Assembly: GCA_046313635.1 (NCBI GenBank)
Contig: JBKBYA010000001.1
Span: forward strand, 767,481 to 831,480
DNA: 64,000 bases
Direction: 5' to 3'
DNA from: Pyrinomonadaceae bacterium
GTDB lineage: Bacteria; Acidobacteriota; Blastocatellia; Pyrinomonadales; Pyrinomonadaceae
Positions 56,948 through 64,000 of this stretch are shown here, one piece after another. The notes under the pieces were generated by a model that made no database searches, was not told the origin of the DNA, and worked only from the letters and a program-made list of their open reading frames with translations. Positions within the stretch are counted from its first letter, which is position 1; each line of letters begins with the position of its first letter. A program made the translations under genes and the position numbers.

Positions 56948-57005
56948 CTTTGCGTCTTTGCGACTTAGCGGGAGAAGTCTCCCGCAGAGACGCAAAGATG
57001 CAAAG
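56948..57005. repeat. Palindromic element of CTTTGCG(T/A) units in the nuoF-thx spacer
   Basis: CTTTGCGTCTTTGCGACTTAGCGGGAGA-AG-TCTCCCGCAGAGACGCAAAGATGCAAAG. Confidence 0.75.
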
Positions 57006-57024
57006 AAAATCGATTCAAATAGAT

Positions 57025-58335
<1,311 letters not shown>

Positions 58336-58343
58336 ACAAAATC

Positions 58344-58504
58344 CGTGTCAGTAGCCCGCACGTAAGCAAGGGCTCAACTCTATTCAGACGCTTCGTCGAT
58401 CAAACTGTGGCCCCGATGCCGCACCTGCGAATTGTCGCGTGTCGGCACAATAAGCTGTTTACTTATTACGCTGAGCCCTTACTTACGTGCGGGCTACTGA
58501 CACG
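58344..58504. repeat. GTAG-type REP doublet (REPIN) in the nuoE-nuoF spacer
   Basis: 33-bp inverted arms CGTGTCAGTAGCCCGCACGTAAG(C/T)AAGGGCTCA at 58344-58376 and 58472-58504 (32/33 identical). Confidence 0.85.
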
Positions 58505-58529
58505 CTCTGCGGCCGTCGATCAGAAGCGA

Positions 58530-59057
58530 TCACTTCAACGAGTCGAGTATCTGGTCAACCTTTTCGGTCGTCAGGTCCTCGTGGTAATCAAACCCGATCT
58601 GCATCATCGGCGCGGTGCCGCAGCTTCCTAAGCATTCGACCATCGAAACGGTGAACTTGCCGTCGGGCGTCGTTTCGCCGGGCTTGATGCCGAGCTTTGT
58701 GCAGATATGGTTTGTGATGTCCGGCTCACCCATGATCTTGCACGAGAGCGTCTTGCAGATCTGGATGTGGTGACGTCCGATCTTGCGCAGATTGAACATC
58801 GAGTAAAAGGTCGCCGTCTCCCAGATATCGGTGACCTTAAGACCGAGGAACTGCGCCAAAAAGTTAACGCCCGGATTGTCGATATAGCCGCGCTCGCGCT
58901 GGACGATAAAGAGCAGCGGGATCAGCGCCGAGCGGCTGCGGTCGGGCGGATACTTCGCAAGGTGCGAACGCATCTCCTCGACCACCTCGGGCGAGAATTC
59001 GGCGACCTCACGCGTGTAGTCGACCTGGTCTGTGTATGTTGTCGGAACTGCGGCCAT
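58530..59057 (-). CDS. nuoE: NADH-quinone oxidoreductase subunit E
   Basis: ATFYSMF, CKTLSC, ECLGSCGTAP. Confidence 0.95.
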   Translation of the reverse strand: MAAVPTTYTDQVDYTREVAEFSPEVVEEMRSHLAKYPPDRSRSALIPLLFIVQRERGYIDNPGVNFLAQFLGLKVTDIWETATFYSMFNLRKIGRHHIQICKTLSCKIMGEPDITNHICTKLGIKPGETTPDGKFTVSMVECLGSCGTAPMMQIGFDYHEDLTTEKVDQILDSLK

Positions 59058-59130
59058 GTCAGTTGTCGGTGGTCAGTGGTCAGTGGTCAGGATCGGAAAA
59101 AGCCGATCGCCGGCCGCTGAAAGCTGACAG
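59058..59130. repeat. Heptamer array (GTCAGTG) with a degenerate inverted partner in the nuoD-nuoE spacer
   Basis: GTCAGTTGTCGGTGGTCAGTGGTCAGTGGTCAG ... CTGAAAGCTGACAG; a related array sits at 52185-52208. Confidence 0.65.
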
Positions 59131-60348
59131 CTATCTATCAATTTCTCCAAGCACGATATCGAGCGAGCCGATGATCGCGACGACGTCGGCGATCATTTCG
59201 CCTTCGCTCATCACTGGCAGAGCTTGAAGGTTTACGAAGCTCGGCCCGCGGAAGTGCACACGGTCGGGTTTTGGCCCGCCGTTAGAGCGCATATAGACGC
59301 CGAGCTCGCCCTTCGAAGCCTCGATCGGCATATACACCTCGCCCGCCGGCACGTTAAAGCCCTCGGCGACGATCAGGAAGTGATGGATCAGCGAGTCCAT
59401 ATGCTTTCGCATATCGTCGCGGTCGGGCAGCACGACCTTTGGAGCGTCTGCCTTGATCGGCCCGGGCTTGAGCCGCTCGAGCGCCTGTCGGACGATCTTC
59501 CACGACTCGCGGAGCTCGCGCATACGGACCATGAATCGCGACCAGACGTCGCCGTCCGGCTCGACCGGGACCTCAAAATCGTATGTCTCGTATCCTGAAT
59601 ACGGATTATCGCGGCGCAGGTCGATATCGACGCCGCTGCCGCGCAGGCACGGGCCGGTCAGGCCCCAGTCGATCGCGTCCTCGGCCGAGATGACGCCGAT
59701 GCCTTTTGTGCGAGCCTGCCAGAGAGTGTTGCCTGTGAGGAGCGTGTCAAAGGTGTCGAGCGCCTCGGGAAAGTCGTCGAGAAACTGTTTGCACCGGCGT
59801 TCAAAGCCCGCCGGCAGGTCCATCATCAGACCGCCGATGCGGAAGTAGCTCGGCGTCATTCGCCCGCCCGAAGCCGACTCGATCATGTTCAAGATCTTTT
59901 CACGCTGGCGGAATGCGTAGAAAAAGACCGACATCGCCCCGATATCGAGCGCGTGCGTGCCGAGCCAGACCATGTGCGAGGCGATCCGCTGCAATTCGCA
60001 GAACAGGACTCGGATGACCTGTGCCCGCTCGGGGATCTCGAGCTGCAGGAGCTTTTCGGCGGCCATCACATACGCGAGGTTGTTGCCGAGCGGATTGAGG
60101 TAATCCATCCGGTCGGTGATGACGATGCCCTGCTGATACTTTTTGTACTCAAAGAGCTTCTCCATTCCCGTATGGAGATAGCCGATGTCCGGTATCGCCT
60201 TGACGACCAGCTCGCCGTCGAGCTTGAGCTCGAGACGCAGCACGCCGTGCGTCGACGGGTGCTGCGGCCCCATCGAGAGCGTCATCTGCGTCTCGAGGGC
60301 CGAGTCGAGGACGTCGGTGCCGGGCAAATTTTCTACCGCTGTACTCAT
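59131..60348 (-). CDS. nuoD: NADH-quinone oxidoreductase subunit D
   Basis: GPQHPSTHGVLRL, GYLHTGMEK, DIVLGEIDR. Confidence 0.96.
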   Translation of the reverse strand: MSTAVENLPGTDVLDSALETQMTLSMGPQHPSTHGVLRLELKLDGELVVKAIPDIGYLHTGMEKLFEYKKYQQGIVITDRMDYLNPLGNNLAYVMAAEKLLQLEIPERAQVIRVLFCELQRIASHMVWLGTHALDIGAMSVFFYAFRQREKILNMIESASGGRMTPSYFRIGGLMMDLPAGFERRCKQFLDDFPEALDTFDTLLTGNTLWQARTKGIGVISAEDAIDWGLTGPCLRGSGVDIDLRRDNPYSGYETYDFEVPVEPDGDVWSRFMVRMRELRESWKIVRQALERLKPGPIKADAPKVVLPDRDDMRKHMDSLIHHFLIVAEGFNVPAGEVYMPIEASKGELGVYMRSNGGPKPDRVHFRGPSFVNLQALPVMSEGEMIADVVAIIGSLDIVLGEIDR

Positions 60349-60350
60349 AT

Positions 60351-60436
60351 CGATTTTGGATTTTGGATTTTCGATTTTGGGTCGGCTGAGTCGTTCTTAC
60401 CTCAATCCGAAATCCAAGATCTGAAATCCAAAATCG
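60351..60436. repeat. Heptamer-array inverted repeat (GATTTTG / AATCCAA) in the nuoC-nuoD spacer
   Basis: CGATTTTGGATTTTGGATTTTCGATTTTGG ... CAATCCGAAATCCAAGATCTGAAATCCAAAATCG. Confidence 0.8.
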
Positions 60437-60438
60437 TC

Positions 60439-60924
60439 CTAGCTCATGCTGTACGGCTCGTAGCCGCGCAGCGGGTAATCCTTTCTCAGCGCGTGTCCGT
60501 CAAAGTCGGACGGCAGCAATATCCGCCGCAGGTCCGAGTGGCCGTCAAATATCACGCCTATGAGGTCATAGGTCTCGCGCTCGTGCCAATTCGCCGTCTT
60601 CCAAACGGTCTCGACCGTCGGCAGGTGCGGGTCGTCCTCGCTGACCATCACCTTGAGCCGCAGGCGGCCTTTGTGAATCGTCGAGAAAAGGTGATAGTTG
60701 ACCGCAAATCGCGGCTCCTCTTCTGGGCCGCGGTCGACGCCGCAAAGGTCGGCGAGCAGGTTAAATCCGTGCAGAGCCTTCAGCGAACGGCACGCGTCAA
60801 CAATATGCTCGCGGGGCACGGTGACGGTCACCTCGCCGAGAGCTTCGACCACGTTTGCGACCCAGGCCGGATCCTCCGCTTTGAGCTTTTCGACAATGTC
60901 GAGCAAAGCCGCTGTGTCTAACAT
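60439..60924 (-). CDS. nuoC: NADH-quinone oxidoreductase subunit C
   Basis: ANWHERETYDLIG, GHALRKDYPL. Confidence 0.95.
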   Translation of the reverse strand: MLDTAALLDIVEKLKAEDPAWVANVVEALGEVTVTVPREHIVDACRSLKALHGFNLLADLCGVDRGPEEEPRFAVNYHLFSTIHKGRLRLKVMVSEDDPHLPTVETVWKTANWHERETYDLIGVIFDGHSDLRRILLPSDFDGHALRKDYPLRGYEPYSMS

Positions 60925-60968
60925 AAAAAGATAAAAGCGGCGCCTAAAACACCGCTAACTCAATTCTC

Positions 60969-61616
60969 CTACGACTGACGCCGCCGCTCGTGGCGCGCGG
61001 GGATGGTGTACGGACGAGAGGTCTTGTTTTCGGCGACCTCGATCTCGGTCGCGAGTTCGAGTGCCGTGCCCTCGGTAACGGGCAGCGTGCCGGGAACGCG
61101 AGATTCGCGCGACTCCTGATCGAATGTATCGCGGCGGTCCTTGACCGACTCCTTCATGATCTTGTCCTGGAGCATCGTGATCGCGTGCACCAGCATCTCG
61201 GGCCGCGGCGGGCAGCCCGGGATGTAGATATCGACCGGCACGATCTTGTCGACGCCCTGAACGATGGCGTAATTGTCAAAGACGCCGCCCGACGTCGCGC
61301 ACGCGCCCATCGAAATGACCCATTTCGGCTCGGGCATCTGGTCGTAAACGCGCCGCAGCACGGGAGCCATCTTGCGCGAGACGCGGCCCGAGACGATCAT
61401 TACGTCGGCCTGCCGCGGCGACGCGCGAAAGGTCTCGGCACCGAAGCGCGAAAGATCGTTGCGGGCCGAGACGGTATTCATCATCTCGATCGCGCAGCAT
61501 GCGAGCCCGAATGTCGCCGGCCAGAGACTGGATTTGCGTGCCCAGTTGACGACGGCGTCGAGCTTGACCGTCAGCACGTCGGGAAGCGACTCGAATAACG
61601 TGTTCTCTAATCCCAT
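60969..61616 (-). CDS. nuoB: NADH-quinone oxidoreductase subunit B
   Basis: [26 protein letters not shown]; start ATG 61616 with GGAGG RBS. Confidence 0.96.
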   Translation of the reverse strand: MGLENTLFESLPDVLTVKLDAVVNWARKSSLWPATFGLACCAIEMMNTVSARNDLSRFGAETFRASPRQADVMIVSGRVSRKMAPVLRRVYDQMPEPKWVISMGACATSGGVFDNYAIVQGVDKIVPVDIYIPGCPPRPEMLVHAITMLQDKIMKESVKDRRDTFDQESRESRVPGTLPVTEGTALELATEIEVAENKTSRPYTIPARHERRRQS

Positions 61617-61633
61617 ACCTAGACCTCCGGGCC

Positions 61634-62161
61634 TTACGACCGCTGAACGGAACGACCAAGAACGTCGGCACCCGCCGGCTCGAGGCGAACGCCGGGAGCG
61701 ATCTCTCGGTTCTTGCGTGCGAGCTCCTGAGCCTCGGCCCTTGCTTCGGCGCGTGCCTGGAGACCCCAGTCGAACGTACCTTTTTTCCAAATGTAGATGT
61801 ACCCGGCGACCAGCGTCGCGATAAAGACAAGTATCTCGACAAAGGCTATTGTCCCGTAAAGCACGCCGGTCGAGGCCTGCTCGGCGAGCAGAAACTTGAA
61901 CGCCACCGCGAAGGGCACCATAAAGAGGACTTCGATATCGAACAGCAAAAATATGACCGCGACCGAGTAGAACTTGATCGAGTATCGGTCTCGTGCCGAC
62001 CCGACCGGGTCCTTGCCGCTCTCGTACGGCATCAGCTTGGCTGCCGTGCGCTTACGCGGCCCGATAAGCTGCGTGACGAGAAGCTGGCTCAGGCCGAAGC
62101 CGAGCGCGACGATGAACATGATGCCGATCGGCGCGTAATCCATGAGGCTAAAATCCGACAT
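61634..62161 (-). CDS. nuoA: NADH-quinone oxidoreductase subunit A
   Basis: [23 protein letters not shown]. Confidence 0.95.
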   Translation of the reverse strand: MSDFSLMDYAPIGIMFIVALGFGLSQLLVTQLIGPRKRTAAKLMPYESGKDPVGSARDRYSIKFYSVAVIFLLFDIEVLFMVPFAVAFKFLLAEQASTGVLYGTIAFVEILVFIATLVAGYIYIWKKGTFDWGLQARAEARAEAQELARKNREIAPGVRLEPAGADVLGRSVQRS

Positions 62162-62267
62162 CGCAACCTCTGATTTTTGAGTTCAAAAAAGCAAAATCCC
62201 GCACACCGGAAACTGCATGCGGCATCGGCTCAAAACTTGAATTTTGGGATACTTGATTCAAATTCAA

Positions 62268-62296
62268 ATCGTAAGTGAAGCAGGGATGAGTGTCAA
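62268..62296 (-). promoter_or_regulatory. Near-consensus sigma70 promoter of the nuo operon
   Basis: TTGACA-N17-TACGAT on the minus strand, about 105 nt upstream of nuoA. Confidence 0.7.
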
Positions 62297-62442
62297 GGCA
62301 CTCCCCGACCCGCCGGCGGCGGCTCGGCGAGGGCTCTGAGTGTGAATTTTATTGACCCATATTCCGGCCGTGTGCTAAGTTCGATGGTGGCCGAGCCCTC
62401 ACTTTCCAAGCGGCCTCATCCTCACGCAAAACCTCGATTTTT

Positions 62443-63303
62443 GTGATCACCGGCTTCAATACAGACGTTGAGTTTGACGGCGTGACATATCACGTTCAGA
62501 CCGAGGACAAGGGTCTGCGCACGCCATTCATTCTGTCGCTCGTCTATCACCGCGGCACGATCCTCGCGAGCCGCCGCGTGCCGTACGATGACCTGATCGC
62601 CGACGGTTTTGACGAGGAGGAATTGCAGCGCCGACTGCAGAAGCTGCACAAGACAATTTGCGCGGCGGTAAGTAAGGGCCGTTTGGACGATCTGAAGCGC
62701 ATGAGCGCACGAGAATCTGGCAAGCCGACTTCGGAGCCGGCCGCCGCGGCAAGGGCGGCGGTCGCGACCGAGGCGAGACCGGAGCGCAAGGCACGCGTGA
62801 CGGCCGCTCCGGGCGAGCTGCTCGAGATACCGATCCCGATGCCGCCCGATCCCGATTCGATACCGCGCGTCCCCAACGGACACGGCGGCGGCAGCAGCAG
62901 CTTTTTGTCGCTCGAGATCATCGACGGGCCGCCGATCGTCGCCGAGAGCGTGGTCGAGATCGTGAGCGAGCTTGCGGGCAAGGATCGCCCGGTGAGCGAC
63001 AAATTGAGCGTCGAGCTTGTCGGCGACTCAAAGTTCAGGGCCGGCGAGCGAAAGACGCTGACGATCCTTGTCTGCCGCGGCAGCGGGCATAAGGTCGTGC
63101 CGGACGCCGAGGTGATGGTCAAGGTGATCGGCTCGAGCTTTAGACCGCTGATCAATCATTCGCGGACCGATCGGTCGGGCATCTCGACCGTCGAACTGAC
63201 CATGCCGGAATTTAACGAGGGCCGCGCCGCCGTGATCATACGTGTGATCAGCAAGGGCGAGGAGGTCGAGCTGCGCAAGCCGCTGCTCGAGCGGAACGGG
63301 TAA
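62443..63303 (+). CDS. Hypothetical protein (N-terminal GFNTDV...YHVQTED domain, Pro-rich linker, beta-rich C-terminus)
   Basis: 286-aa ORF with typical codon usage, upstream of thiS. Confidence 0.75.
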   Translation: MITGFNTDVEFDGVTYHVQTEDKGLRTPFILSLVYHRGTILASRRVPYDDLIADGFDEEELQRRLQKLHKTICAAVSKGRLDDLKRMSARESGKPTSEPAAAARAAVATEARPERKARVTAAPGELLEIPIPMPPDPDSIPRVPNGHGGGSSSFLSLEIIDGPPIVAESVVEIVSELAGKDRPVSDKLSVELVGDSKFRAGERKTLTILVCRGSGHKVVPDAEVMVKVIGSSFRPLINHSRTDRSGISTVELTMPEFNEGRAAVIIRVISKGEEVELRKPLLERNG

Positions 63304-63356
63304 CGATTTGCGAATCGCCGCCGCGATGCGTGACAATCGGTCTTGAACCCGAAACC

Positions 63357-63557
63357 ATGCACGTCACCATCAACGGCGAAAAAAGAGAAGTTCCGGACGG
63401 CGTCGATATGAGCACGCTGCTGGAGCTTTTTTCGCTGCCGTCGCAGCGCGTCGCGGTCGAGCTCAATCGCGAGGTCGTCCGCCGCGCGGATTGGAATGAT
63501 ACGCGTCTGAGCGAGGGCGACCGGATCGAGGTGATCCACTTTGTCGGCGGCGGCTGA
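63357..63557 (+). CDS. thiS: Sulfur carrier protein ThiS
   Basis: MHVTINGE...VAVELNREVV...IEVIHFVGGG with C-terminal Gly-Gly. Confidence 0.93.
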   Translation: MHVTINGEKREVPDGVDMSTLLELFSLPSQRVAVELNREVVRRADWNDTRLSEGDRIEVIHFVGGG

Positions 63558-63593
63558 CATGGTTTTGGCGGGCGGCTTCTTATGTCTTCACAT

Positions 63594-64000
63594 ATGTCAG
63601 ACAGTTTTGTTCTGGCCGGCAGGTCATTCGGCTCGCGATTGATCATCGGCACGGGAAAGTACCGTTCGTTCGAGGAGATGAAGGCGGCCCACGCCGCGTC
63701 GGGCGCCGAAATGGTGACGGTCGCGGTCAACCGCGTGCCGCTCGACCGAAAGACCGAGTCGTTCCTTGATCATCTCGACCCGCGGATGCAGATCCTGCCG
63801 AACACGGCGGGCTGCTACGATGCCGATCACGCGATCCGCACGGCGCGTCTCGCGCGCGAGGCGCTCGGTACCGAATGGATCAAGCTCGAGGTCATCGGCG
63901 ATCCCGTGACGCTGCTGCCTGACAACGAGCAGACGCTCGAGGCGGCGAGGGTCTTGGTCAAAGAGGGCTTTATCGTGCTGCCGTACTTTTCGGACGATCT
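63594..64000 (+). CDS. thiG: Thiazole synthase, truncated by the window end
   Basis: SRLIIGTGKY, ILPNTAGC, WIKLEVIGD, LVKEGFIVLPY. Confidence 0.95.
   Translation, partial: MSDSFVLAGRSFGSRLIIGTGKYRSFEEMKAAHAASGAEMVTVAVNRVPLDRKTESFLDHLDPRMQILPNTAGCYDADHAIRTARLAREALGTEWIKLEVIGDPVTLLPDNEQTLEAARVLVKEGFIVLPYFSDD

Noticed and set aside
63304..63356. TPP riboswitch upstream of thiS-thiG
   Set aside because: The spacer is only 53 nt and has no CTGAGA/ACCTG core

Overview
GC-rich bacterial chromosomal window. Gene content and style suggest Acidobacteriota, probably Blastocatellia (inference). Left to right: an oligopeptide ABC transporter operon (3' end of one SBP, then oppABCDF); a PA2169-type four-helix protein; a c-di-GMP/partner-switching cluster (PocR-GAF-GGDEF, ATPase-RsbW fusion, STAS, GAF-HD-GYP) interrupted by hypothetical genes that include a trio of apparently paralogous exported proteins; an M36 peptidase with FG-GAP repeats; lysR and sdhCAB; an unusual three-gene unit; mdh; tRNA-Leu(TAA); nfeD, PP2C, a cystathionine gamma-synthase/lyase, lysR and a carboxylate-amine ligase; a minor type IV pilin cluster; a glutamine amidotransferase; the complex I (nuo) operon; and thiS-thiG. 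The three-gene unit encodes an exported S8 protease with a degenerate ClpB-like AAA+ domain and 8 tandem GVL(I/V)GD repeats, a GNAT, and a membrane PAS-GGDEF-EAL protein. It is the best candidate for an undescribed system (a possible peptide-signal/c-di-GMP module). The nuo operon lacks nuoI and carries passengers: a ribosomal protein bTHX gene missed by the ORF track, hicB with an amber-interrupted hicA, and a GNAT. Most of its spacers contain palindromic repeat elements, of several distinct types. No CRISPR array, rRNA, transposase or integrase was seen.
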